Assembly: GCA_001179505.1 (NCBI GenBank)
Contig: CDMY01000047.1
Location: 124,001 to 188,000, forward strand
Source: Vitrella brassicaformis CCMP3155
Taxonomy: Eukaryota; Protista; Chromerida
DNA: 64,000 bases
Direction of reading: 5' to 3'
The position numbers and the translations under genes were made by a program. The notes under the pieces are model-generated. The model did not search any database, had not been told where the DNA came from, and saw only the letters and a program-made list of their open reading frames with translations. Below are positions 36,901 to 49,500 of the stretch, piece after piece. Within the stretch, counting starts at the first letter, position 1; each line of letters begins with the position of its first letter.

Positions 36901-38681
36901 CAGGGGGATGATGTGATGCGCGAACTCGGGATAGTACCCTGAGAGACACACGGTGGAAAGTCCAATTGTGAACAGACGTCTGGCTGGCTGGCTGGCTGAC
37001 CTGGCGCGCTTCTGCATCGTGTGGGCAACCGCTTCTCCGCAGCAGCTTGAGCCCCCTGTGCAGCGGCGTCTCTCTCGCCATGCCAACTCAAGCTCCGTGT
37101 GGGCAGCTGCGCGCACCCTCCTCGCCACTTGAGGATGCGACTAACTGATTCGGCCAGCTGGCTGGCGCCACCCTTGCCATAGCTGACAGTGATGTGTGTT
37201 CTGCGGAAGGTGGAGACGGCCTTGACCTTCTTAAATGTCGCCCCTCTCATCAGCCCCTTCCTCACCGAGTGCATCGACCGCTGTGTCTGCAGCCGACTCA
37301 GAGGACGCCTGGCGGCGCGTGAAGAGGACAGTTCTTCCTCCTCCTCGTCTGTCTGCACGGGTGTCTCCCCGTCGACGGGCTGCCACCCCGTCGCCACTCG
37401 CCGAAGATGAGCGGCACGAGTGGAGGGGATGGGCCCGCGCTTGGCCTTGAATGACATCATGAAGCTCGGCATCAGGTCGCTCCCCAACGGTGACTGCTCC
37501 TCGGTTTCTTCAAGCACAGGAGGCCAGACGGGTGCCGTGCGGGGGATGACAGGAGGCTCTGGTTCCTCCTGGCCTGCTGCCTTCTCCTCCTCATGGCCTG
37601 CTGCCTTCTCCTCATCGTGGGTCGCCGCTGTTGGCTCTCTGCTGCTGGGGGCACTCGCCTCTGCTCCTTCTTTCCCTTCTTCTTCAGTCTCTTCAATCGT
37701 GAAGGTGACTTTGGACCTGAGCGCATAGATGGGCGGCCGTGGCGGCAGCGGCTTCGTCTCCGCTGCCAAATTCTCGGCGCTCTCCTGCCGGAATGTCCCT
37801 AGTCTCCCTATCGCCCTGCCGATCGTCTCAAAGGTCCGGTCAAGCCCCGGTGTCGTGGGCGCGTCGGCAGTGAGCGAAGCGGAGGACGAGCTGTATGATA
37901 GCGTGTGAATGGAGCTCTCGGGGTGAAGAGCCGAGTCGTCGTGCGGCACATTTGACACGTTTGAGAAGAAGGCCGACTCGCTGCGGATGTCCAGGACTGC
38001 TGATCCGCTGGAGATGTAGTCTATCACCTTCTTGTTACCAGTCTCCTCATCAGCCTGTGCAGGTGGGGCACCTTCACCATCCTCGCCGCCAATCTTTTGC
38101 CCGTCCTCGGCCGATGGGACTTCAGTCTCAGCGGGTTCTGCTTCTTCAGCCCCTTCTGCACTGACAGGTGCGACCAGGCCCTCCTCTCGATCTTCAGTGA
38201 CACCTCTTTCTGCCTCCCCGAGAGACTCCCCCTTAGGCGTCTTGTAGGCCCTGGGCCACCCACCAGCCTTCCGGGCCTTCTCAGCAGCGGCGGACAGGCC
38301 CAACAATGGAAGCTCGAGCGGCGTGAACCGAGGTCCTGGGAACGTCGTGGAGCGTCCCCCAACCCAACAACTATCAGTTCGGAGTCCGACCCCTTTTGAG
38401 CCCGGCTCGATCTTCGGGAGCTGAGCTGCCTCGGGCAGGGGCTGCGGCTCTCTCTGAGGCGGCTGTGCAGGTGCTGGGGACACTTGTGCTCTTCCCAGGA
38501 TCTTCGAGAGCTTGGCGGAAGTGTACACGTATGATGACGGGGCAGTCTTGCGGTAGGAGCGGCGCTTCCGCTTTCCTCCTTCCCCGGGCCTTCCGATGAG
38601 CAGCGAGCGGACTGTATCATGGTCATCGCGTGCGCTGGAGTAATCCAACCGTGAGCGTTTCATCTGCACTGCAACATTCAT
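33916..38681 (-). CDS. Large protein with a disordered N-terminus, TPR repeats and two cyclic-nucleotide-binding-like domains
   Basis: TPR: AIVFFSRCVKSDPSCSLHFYNRGVCLMKLGRWEDAHGDLSHAVK. cNMP-like: IRPLQYVPREELLAALDYFTIRV...FFAVLFGSIDV and FLRSVSLFSGIETHSLSMIF...GLIVVRSGTLQL. A phase-consistent linking exon (about 35969-36091) joins the two parts. Confidence 0.7.
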
Positions 38682-38838
38682 TCGAGCTCGCACTCGGCCC
38701 CCGTCCCCACCCCCCTCTCTTTCGAAAAAGAAGCATCATGATCGCACGTCGAGAGCTGATTGTTGTAGCGTCGTGAGAAATGGCAGGAGATATCTGACGT
38801 TCTTTGAATTCCGTCTTGCCGTCTCGGTTGCCGGCGCG

Positions 38839-41800
38839 ATGTTTGGGTGGGGCAGCGGCAGCAAGAAGGACAAGGATGACGGGAAGGGGAGTCAGCAGGA
38901 GGAGGTCATGGCGGAGCTCATGCAGAAGTGCGCCGACTACGAGCTGGAGGTGTCAAGTCTCAAGCAGCGCATCATGAAGATGGACGCCGCCATGGAGGAC
39001 AGGGACGAAACCATACAGCAACTCAAGTGACCATAGGACAGACAGACAGACAGTGGGACACGGCGATGATATCTAACTCTGTGTGAGTGAGTGTATGCAT
39101 GCAGGACGTCTCTGGGTGTGGCCACTTCCCTGAACACCCGGGGCAGCAATGCCCAGCTCGAGGAGGCCAGAGAGGTCGGTGTGTCGGCAAGAGTGCATGT
39201 GCGTCAGTCAATTCAATGTGCGTGCCTTTTCACTTCACGTGGGTCGGTGCACATCATATCCCGTGTGCAGCAAGTCAAGGTGCTTCAGAGGGAGGTGGCG
39301 TCCATCTCTGAGGAGAAGGGACACCAAAAGGCCAGGGAGGTGAGCGACAAAGGCCGCAGGGATCAAAAGAGAAAGGCGGGCGTCTCCTCTCCTCCCTCTG
39401 CACCCTCCCCTTTCTGTATGGGATCTCTATGGTTGGCTTCAGAAGGAGCTCTCGGACCGTGTGTCAGCTCTCTTGCAAGACCTGAAAGACGCGCACGAGG
39501 AGAGAGACACCATCAGACAGAACCTGGTACTGTCGACAAAAACGGGATACACGATGCTCGGCTGATTCATGCCGTTTGGTATTCTTCCTTTCATCAGGAT
39601 GCTACACTGAGATCGCAGGAGGGTGCCGAAGCTGAGTTGGCGGCACTGCGAAAGACGAGCAAGGACATGGAGGTGATGAAAGGTGCTCATTAGCAGGCTC
39701 TATCTGCAGTGTGCCGATCGTGATGCATCCGTGCAGGGGCAGTTGAGCGCCCTTCAAGTGGCGAAAGCCGCGCTTGAGAAGGGGCGGCATGAGGCCACGG
39801 ACACCACTGAGCGGCTGCAGATGGAGCATTCAGAAGTGCTGAAAGAGAAGGTACGTATCTGCAGACCAGGATGATGTGTCGAAAGAGTCCGTTGCCATTG
39901 ATCGCACATCGCTTCAGGAGGAGCTCTCGGACCGTGTGTCTGCTCTGCTGCAAGATCTCAAGGATGCACACGAGGAGAGAGACACCATCAGACAGAGCCT
40001 GGTACTTTCGGCGGACAGCTGGGCGCTCCGCTCGGTCATGCCGTCGGGGATTCTTTGACTCTTCCATGGTCATCAGGATGCTGCACTCAAATCGCAGGAG
40101 GGCGCCGAAGCTGAGTTGGCGGCACTGCGAAAGACAAACAAAGACATGGAGGTACGATAGATAGCGGCTGAGGAACAAAGACCGTGCTGTGCTCATCCGC
40201 CGTGAATCCATGTGTGCAGGGGCAGTTGAGCGCTCTTCAAGTCGCCAAGTCTGCCTTTGAGAAGGGGCAGCATGAGACCGCTGAGGCCGCTGAGCGGCTG
40301 CAGAGGCAGCACTCAGACGTGCTTAAAGAGAAGGTAGGCACCGACCGGCCAAGATGCGTTTCCATTGGTTCAACTCACATCTGCTTGCATCCCGTACGTG
40401 TCTGCAGGAGGCACTGGCTGAGCGTGTGCACGAGCTAGAGGTATCCAGCCAAACTCGTCTGTCTCCCCTGCCACCCGTCCATTCCATCCATGTGGCTGCT
40501 TGCTTTAATGAATGAATTGTGTGTATGCAGGAGGAGAGCAGGAGCTCCGTTCAGGCGCGTGAGGAGTTGGTGCGTGTGCGTCGTGAGCTGGACGAGGCGA
40601 TGCAGCAGAAGATGCAGCTGGGCCAGCAGCTGGAGGACCGTGACAGACAGCTCACCCAACTCAAGGGACTACAGGTCTCTAAGCGTGGCTTGTAGTCCGC
40701 ATCCACCCACTTTGTATGCCTGTGGGTGGCTGTGGGTGGGTGCTTGGATGGCTGCAGGACGTGCATGCAGAGGAGACTCAGCGGCTGACCAACGACCTCA
40801 TTCAAGAGAGGGAGGCGCGCCGGCACAAAGAGGTGACACACAAGACTATCACTCTTTCTACCCGCTACGCTGTGCTTTGCGTCATCCACACACATGCACT
40901 GCACACACGTGTATATGTATGTGGATTGATTGCAGGAGGAGTTGACGGCGGAGGTCAAGTCGCTCCAGGATGCGGACCGAGGTCTCCGCGCAGAGCTTGA
41001 GGTGTATAGGAAACAGACCGAGGGCCAGGGGGAGGAGTTGCAGCACCTCTCCCAACTCATCACAGAGAATGCACGACTCAAGGTAGGTATGCACGTGTCA
41101 GTATGTGTGTGCCACCACACAATCAAACCAACACCCACCCTCCTCATATATATCTCTCTCCGAAAAGGCCCAGGTGGAGACTCTTTCAGCGGACAAGGGC
41201 GCCCTGGAGGGTGAGCTTCAGCGGCTCAAGGCGGGTGAGAGTGAGCTGCAGAAGGAGAAGGACGAGCTGCAGGACAAGTACAACACGCGACTCGCCACAC
41301 TGCAGGTGGCCATGGCCACCAAGAATGCACTCGAGGTGGGTGGGTTGGGGGGTGGATGGGCACACACCAAGGTCTACGATTAGGAAGATACACCGTCCTC
41401 ATGCAGGAGAGCAGCAACGAGGCTCTGCAGCAGAAGGATGAGCTAATCAAGAGCATGGAGGATGACAAGGTAGGTAGGTGCACTGGCCGGCCGATAGATA
41501 CCCGAGGAGCCATCAATGTTGCATCCATCTCTCTGTCTTGTGCCTCAGAGCGCTGTCGAGAAAGAGTGTGAAGCCCTTCGCCAGGAAAACGTATACAATC
41601 ATCCCTCATATGGGAGCCCATTCATACCTGCATTTGTGTGCCTGCCTGTGTGCTTCTTCAGGCCACCCTCAAGTCTGATTTGTCCGAGGCCGAGTCGCAG
41701 TCTAACGAGCTGCTGGCACAGCTCAACGAGGCGCGATGGGCCAAGGATGAGGCAGAGGAGAAGGCCAGACAAGCCGAGGTACCGCCATTGACCACGACAG

Positions 41801-43882
41801 CACACAGGCAGCTTCTGTGAATGTGTGTACTCTGTATGGTGACGCCCAAACAGGCCGCCATGAAGGAAGCTGAGGCGACGCGATCTGCAGCAAAAGAGAC
41901 ACAAGAGGAGAAAAAGAGGGAGCTAGTCGCTCTGCGGCAGCAGGTGGACGACCTCAGGCAGCAGAACGTGAGAAGATCAAGGAACGACCTTATCTATTCA
42001 CCGCAGCCAGCGACTGTCCTATTTTCCTGTGTCTACCCACGCAGTCGTCTCTGCAAGACACGGCAGAGAAGAGCTCGCATAAGGCGGAGATCATGCGCAA
42101 ACAGGTCGAGAGCATCACAGCGGAAAAGGCCGTGATCCTCAGCCAAAAGGTCAGCAACCACTCCCCCACCGCTCAGCCCTGTCTGTCCATCTATCCACCC
42201 TCTGTTTGTTCAGGTAGCCTTGAGTGAGCGTGTGGATGCAGCCGAGCATGAGATAGAGAGGCTGAGGTCCGAGCATCAGCTGTCGATGAACGAGAGGGCG
42301 AGGCAGCGCGAGACCGAGCTCCAGGGCGAGATTGAGGGGCTCATGAAGAGCCTACAGGAGAGCGAGCAGAACAGACTCCAGCTGCAGAATGACCTGGTAC
42401 ACTCGTGCGCGTGTGCCCTCTAAAAGGTGACAGCTGTCTCCGTGTGTGTGTGTGTGTGTGTGTTTGTGTGTTCGTCAGGATGAGGCCCAGCAGGCAATCA
42501 AGGACCTCCGAGTGAGCACAGTTCAGGGCACACCTTGATGAACCATGTGCACGTTCGGTTGTGTATCGCATAATACATGCAGGAGCAGCTGACATTCTCC
42601 CAGGAGGAGAGGAAGACCGTGCAGGATGAGAGAGATGCCCTGCTGGAGCAGCAGGTAGGTGTAGCACGTACCTTCTCTCAAACGAGTCGCCTATTCTCCC
42701 TCTCTCCATGCCTGATCCCTCAGGCCGTGTTGAGCACCCAAGTTGCGGACAAACAGCAGCAAATCGAGGAAATCGAACACGAAAAGGTACCTACATACCA
42801 AAGAAGGGCGATTGGTCCCCTCCTGCCACAAACACACTCCGACACACTATTCCTTCCCTCTGCAGGCATCCCAAGCAAGAAAATACGAGTCTCTCGAGGG
42901 AGAATTCAACGCCAAAAGCGTAGGCAGACAGAAAGCTTATCATCCCTTATCTATCTAACCGCGCATTAGCTGCTTGTTCGGTCGGCATGCATCGATCAGG
43001 ATGCACTTGGGCTGCTGCAGAGTGACTTCGATCGCATCAACAAGGAGAACGGACAGCTCCTGCAGGACAAGGTGCGTCGGACAAAGGAGACACGAGACAG
43101 CCCGGAGCACCCCTTGCCTGCACGTTATGTTTGGCTGCAGGCTGGCATGAGTGAGCAGCTGGCAGAGATCGAGACACACTCGGTGAGACAGACAGACTGA
43201 TGGAGCTCACCTCACGCCTCCTCTCATTGTCTGCCGCTCCTGTCCTCTGTTCGTTCGCAGCGCAATAAAGAAGAGGAGACCCAGAAGTTGCAGGGGGAGG
43301 TCCAGGAACTGATCCAACAAAAGGTCCAACCAACGCCAGTCGACAAAAGCGTGTCGCTCGTATTGCCAAGTCTGTTTGTTCCGTCTGTCTCGCTTGCAGG
43401 TTGCCTTGGTAGAGCAGTTGGGTCAGCGGTCGCGCGCGGCACCGGCAGAGGCTGAGTCACGGGTCGAGGATCTGCAGGAGAAGGCTCGACAGCGGGAGGC
43501 CGAGCTGCAGGGACAGATCGAGGGCCTGTTGGAAGGCATGCAGGAGAGCGAGAAGTCCCGCATAGCGCTCGTGGAGGAGCTCGACGCCACCAAACAGTCT
43601 GAACAGACACTCAGGGAGGAGCTGCAGACACTCAGACGGAAAAGCCGCGAGGAGGTACCTCCCACCTTCACACGCCGAGTGCTGACAGTGAGTGACATGC
43701 ACACGTGTGTCTGTGTGTGTGTGCGTGTGTGGGATTCTCAGGAGGGTTTGCGCACATTCGCCGCCTCGACCCTAGCAGCAGAGCAAGCCAAGGAGCTGGA
43801 GACCCTCAAACAAGAAAACACCACACTGCTGCAGCAACAGGTGGACCGACTGACACCAATAACAAGCCACTTGAAAAGAGGT

Positions 43883-43916
<34 letters not shown>

Positions 43917-46230
43917 TGTATGTGTGGCTGTCAGACCTTGTTGAGCACCAAGCTCAATGAGGCCGACAAGGAGCGAGATGCGCTGAGCAGCATTCAGCAG
44001 GATCTCAACGAGGTGGCGGCTGAGCTCGAGCAGAAGGCCATCGACTTGGAGCGCGATGTCAAGGACAAAGACGACATCATCCAGCAGAGGGAAGCCGAGA
44101 TCCTCGCCCTTCGCGACACTGCTGCTGTGTCGACACAGCAGGAGCAGCGCATTCGCGATCTGGAGGAGGAGAGGGCATCTCTGGTCACGGCCAACCAACA
44201 GCTCCAAGGCGATAAGGTGCCCGCTTCAGCAGCCAATAAACATTGACGAACATACATCATCGATCCCTTTCTGGCTGGGCTGTGTCAGGAGGGACTGGTG
44301 CAGAGAGTGCAGGCTCTCCAATCTGACCTTGCTGCCGTCAGGACACGCCGCATCGCACACCCCGACCTCCCTGCCGCCGACTGGGAGTCCACTGCCGATG
44401 TGCCTGCAGCCCGGCGGCCGGACACTGCTGTGATGGAGACACAGACCGACACTGTGGGTGATGAGCAGCGACACATCGAGAGGGTAGGGGAAAAGCTCAC
44501 ACCCACCAAAGGGACACCATATATATGGTGAGAATGCAGGTCGTGTATGTGTATGTGTGGGTTTCTTGGTCAGGTTGAGGGTGGGGGCATTGTTGTCGAG
44601 GCTCTGCAGGCAGAGATTGAGCAACTCACTGAAGAAAAGGTATCGACAACACACAACCAACCTACGCCTACCTGACGCAAAACAAATACACACATACACA
44701 TGTATGTCTGCAGTCATCGCTGCAGTCGGAGCTGATGGAGAGCATCCGACAGATAGACGAGCTCAAAGCGCAAGAGACCGAGCTATCGGCGAATCTGCAG
44801 CAGGAGCATGACGAGCGCAGGGCCGAAACCGACCGCTGGGTGCAACAATTCGCTTCCCTGCGGGAAGAGAAGGTGAATAGGGGATGGATGCGACAGACAG
44901 TCAACCATGTCAGATGGGAGGGATCGGGATGGATGCTGGTCTGCGGCAGGCCGCGATGCTCCAGTCTCTGTTTGAGAAGTGCACCGCACTGGGCGACGAG
45001 CACCACCGGCTTAAAGCATGGGTCCAGACAGAGGTACACACACATTAAGGACAGTGCAACCCACGGATGCGCACCTCTCCCCGACGCACACAGGTCCAGC
45101 GAACATACAGGGTCCTGGCGAGCATGATCGCGTCATCTGCGGCGTCGCTTGTGCCGGCCACCGGTGTTTCTGTGGCCCTCGAGCATCCTGTGCAGACGGA
45201 GGACAAGGGGCAGGAGACCGACGTCGCACCCGAGTACGAGACGCCGCCCCTCGAGGAGATCGTGGAAAAGACCGAACGGGTTGGACGAACGAAGTGCGCT
45301 GTGTCTACAACGGCGCCTGTGTCTGTCTATGTGTCTCTCTCTCATCAGGATGTGATGAAGGTGTTGGGTGATCTGACTGTGGCAATGGATGGCCTCAAGA
45401 CGGAACAGCTGATTGAGGTGCAGGGAGGACAGACAGCCACGCCACCAGTGACAGCAGGAGCCACCACCGCACAAGAGGTAGAAAGACAAAGAAGATCCGC
45501 AGACAGACCGCCTTGTCGACCATGTCTCTCTCCATGGCTTTTTGTTTCTGTGTGTGCGTCTCGTCTCCTCTATGTGTCAGCTGGACCGTCACAAGCATCT
45601 GCAGCACCTTCACCGCCACCTGGCCGAGATCTTCATGCATCAAATCGCAAAGGACAGAGCCGCCACCGGTCCTCAATACGCTGTCGCCCGCCCCTCTCAC
45701 ACGCGGCATTCGAATGCGCGGCAGCTGCGGAGCCGCCTCAAGCACCTGAGGAGCCGGGTGGAGAGCAACATCGAGAGGGCCAAGGTACACCAAAAAAAGC
45801 GATAGACAGACCGCCGAGCTCATTAATCAACATGCCTTCTGTGTCTCCATGGCACCAGGTGTGGATCGGCACGTACGAGTCGCCTCATGGCGCACCGCCC
45901 CTCCCCCCGTCGTATGTGTACCCCAGCAGCATCAACTTCTCTTCCTTTGCTCAGCCACAGAGGAAGGACGGCGGACGGATCGCAGCATACACACCGCAGC
46001 CAAGGAGAAATGTCCCCGAGAGACGCCAGTCCGACATTTTGGATGAGCAGCCTAGAAGTCGCGTGGGGTTCGAAGGCAGAAGGTACGATTGCATGCGCTT
46101 TCGCTCGTCACACGAGACCCATGTCATGTTGGTGTCACTGTGTTGTGCATGCAGCTTTGGGGCGGCTGTGCGGGATGCGAGAGGCGTCGGCCGTCCCATC
46201 ACTGGTGTGCTCATCGATCCGAGCCTTTGA
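38839..46230 (+). CDS. Large coiled-coil protein built from many short exons, with an internal exon-cassette duplication
   Basis: About 30 short GT-AG exons encoding E/Q/K/L/A heptad-rich sequence, starting MFGWGSGSKKDKDD and ending GVLIDPSL*. No globular family recognised. Confidence 0.75.
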
Positions 46231-46536
46231 TTGAGACACAAATGTGCGTTTGACTGTCACGCGGGGGGCATTACTCTCCTTACTGTTCGGACCATCGTGG
46301 GTGTACGTCTACATGGAATCTGTCGAAGGTGCAGTGCATCGCACGCATCCTGTCTGTCTGTCTATCTGCGTGGGGTCGTTGACGTACGTACGTACGTATG
46401 ATATGCACAAGATCCAGCCACAGTGACTGACTCGCTCGCCATGCCATCCCATCCATGATGTGAGAATAATGTCAACACTTATATTCCATAGCTACGTCTA
46501 CTGCGCACAGACGACGAACTACAAATTGGTCTCACC

Positions 46537-49500
46537 TCACCCGCTCACGGACGTCCTGGTGCTACGAATCTGCTTGGCCAGGGAAGTGGTTTCCTCGATG
46601 TCTCCCTCCTCCAGATGTGGTGGCTCGTCGATGTCCTGCAGCCCACCAGGGGACATGGGCCACCAATCAGCCACAACAGATGCGCGAGATGTGCCCCGCG
46701 ACCACAGCAGCGGCACGGCATCGCTCCGGCGCCTCTCGTGTTTTCCCCTGGTGGCCTTGTCATCTGCTGCCGTCTGGCCGCTAGCTGCTGCTGCTGCTGC
46801 TGTTGCTGGGCGAGGACTGGCGGTGGGCTGCTGCGCTGATGATGGTGCTGGGGGGCGGGCCGCATCGCCAATGCCTTCGACCGGATGTGTGTCGACCGTT
46901 CCGCTAGCAGTGGCATCAGTACGATTGATGCGAATGAGTTCTCGCTGCATGGCCCGCCTGAATGCCCCCTCGTCGACGTTGAGCCCTCCTTCCCTTGAGT
47001 CCATGACCTGCATTAGGGCTGGGGAGAAACTGTCCTGCTGTCGCGTGTCCTCCATCAGACACTCAGCATTCCTCTGGAAGGCCTGGCACCCTTGCTGCAG
47101 CTCCGCCAGCTCCTTTATCTTTGTTTCAAGGTTTTTCTCCTGCAGCCATATGTACTGGCTCAACGTGGCCTGCAGGAAATAAAGAGGGACATAAGTTACA
47201 CGATGCTTGTGTGTGTGGTGGGGGTCGTCTGCCTGCCTGTCTGTCTGCCGGAACTCACCTGGTCGTCGATGTATGCTGGTTCGTAGTGTTGTGTTTGCAA
47301 GTGCATGTCCCTCTCTGTCTGCTCCAGCCGCCTTGTCAAGGCCGCGTATGAGCTGCACACATAGACAGATGCAGACAGACGCATAGAGACACTGATTAAC
47401 TAACTCATTGGCTTGTCTTTGCAAAAGGCAGGCTGTGTGTACTCGTCGATGGCACTCTCGAGGTCTTCAAAGTAAGTCTGCAGCTTCTTCGGGTCGCGGC
47501 CCTTCCTGATTTGCACGCAAGAGACATAGCGGCAAATGAACTAAGTGGCTTAGTGTGCAATCGGTACACCACACCATCCACTGACAGACGAACCTGTCTT
47601 TAAGCCTCTCCAGCAGTTTGAGTGCGAAAGCATGTGCCTCGTCGCTTGCCCACTGCTGCACGGCCACCATCTCGCTGCCAAACCTCAGAAGACGCGCATC
47701 GCTGGAGTCGCGACGGCTGCACCACCGCACACACAAGGACAACATGGACGGACGATTACAATCACCAGCACCGTACCGTATCCCCCGACTCACCCACCCA
47801 CCTGTGTCTCCTCACGTCCCGCGCCAGTGTGTCCATGACATTCTCTGTCTTGGCAGCCCGACGGTGCAACATCCTCTGCTTACGAGGATTCGCAGGCAGC
47901 TTGTGCGGATCGGACTGCGTAGAGAATGTTATGGGTCCAATTTTCCGCACTATGTATTATAAGGTCTGTGAGTGTTTGTTGTTCACCTCTCCCGGGGGCA
48001 CTTCGAAGACGTAGTCCTCCTCCCAGAGTATGCACCGCATCCAGCCGCAGTAGGGCTTTATGCATCGCTTCCAGTTGATGGGTGGCGCCTGAAGGATCGA
48101 AACAGTCAGTGATGGGGACCATACATATTATACATTTGTGCAGACATGTGCTCACGCAGTGCTCACGCACGTTGACGTCGATGAAGTGCCGATCGATGAT
48201 GGCCAGGAAGATGTTGAGAGCGACGTAGTAGAACAGCAGGCAGTATGAGAAGAAGAATATCGGCGCCATGAGAGAGTCGGCCTCCTGCAGCTCAAAGAAG
48301 TCCAGGTCGCCCAGGATGATCTCCACACACCGCCGCATCGTCGAGAAGAACGTGCTGAAAGCCTCCAGCTGGTGGCCGAACGAGATGTGGGCGAAAGAGG
48401 CGAATCCAAAGAGAACCACAAATAGCACCACCACGAACCATCCGATGGAGGCCGCGGCGGTGGACAGAGTTCTGAAGATCATTGACCCTCGCACACTCCC
48501 CCGGAAGAACTTGAGGAGACGCAGACATATCACCAACACGTTGAGGGACGATATCTGGCGATACAGGCGCACTGAGAGGATATACATACAAGGGCGGGTA
48601 AGCAGAAGGCGCCCGCCGACTTGCGTCACTCACTCGGCTCACCTGACTCTGCGATTGCGTTGATTTCGACGAAGAAGGTGTCTGATGTGTCGATGAGTTT
48701 GAGGGTGGAGGGGATGCTGTTGAGCCACAGAGCGATGGACAGCAACGACATGACTATCGACATGACATCTGCAGCACACACAACACACAACACACAACCA
48801 CCGAATGCACACCAACACAGACAGACAGACAGACAAGCAGACCGACCAAGGATGTTGAATGGGTCGTCAGTGTAGTGGCGGAGTATGACAGCGAAGAGGT
48901 TGTTGTGCTGAGAGCGGCCTCCTCGCCTGGTGGTGGTGTCGCTGCTCATGAGGATGAACTCCATCCGGATGTTGTGCACCTCCAGGTAGATGTAGTACAG
49001 CACCATAATCGCGTATATGCAAAATGGGCCGAGGGAGAACACCTGCCCAGGCGTCTTGAAAGGTTCGAACTTCAGCGGAATCAACACACGACGCTGCATC
49101 AGATCAGACAAACACACGCACATCATCGACCTAAATGACCTGGGCGGAAGGTCACCTTGGTGACGGCCCCCGAGGATTGCACGATGAAAGACCATGCCGT
49201 GTAGAGGAACGTGTCCGCGTTGCCATTATACAGGACGAACTCCAGTGTCACTGAGCTGGTGAGAGGGCTCAGGTATTCAACGCCGCCGAGCTGTTGCAGC
49301 CGCGCAGTGGCCTCGTCGATGTCAGGGCCGAAGAGACACAAATGGCCTGGCTTGTCCTCGTACCCGCCCTTGTCGCTGAAGGAGCAGATAGGCTGCAGCA
49401 AATCCTTGGTCGTGTCCTCACTCGTGTCCAGCGCGTCTCCTGGACTGATCGTCTGCACACCAGTGCGGCAAGGCAACACCCATGTAATGTAGGAGGGTGG

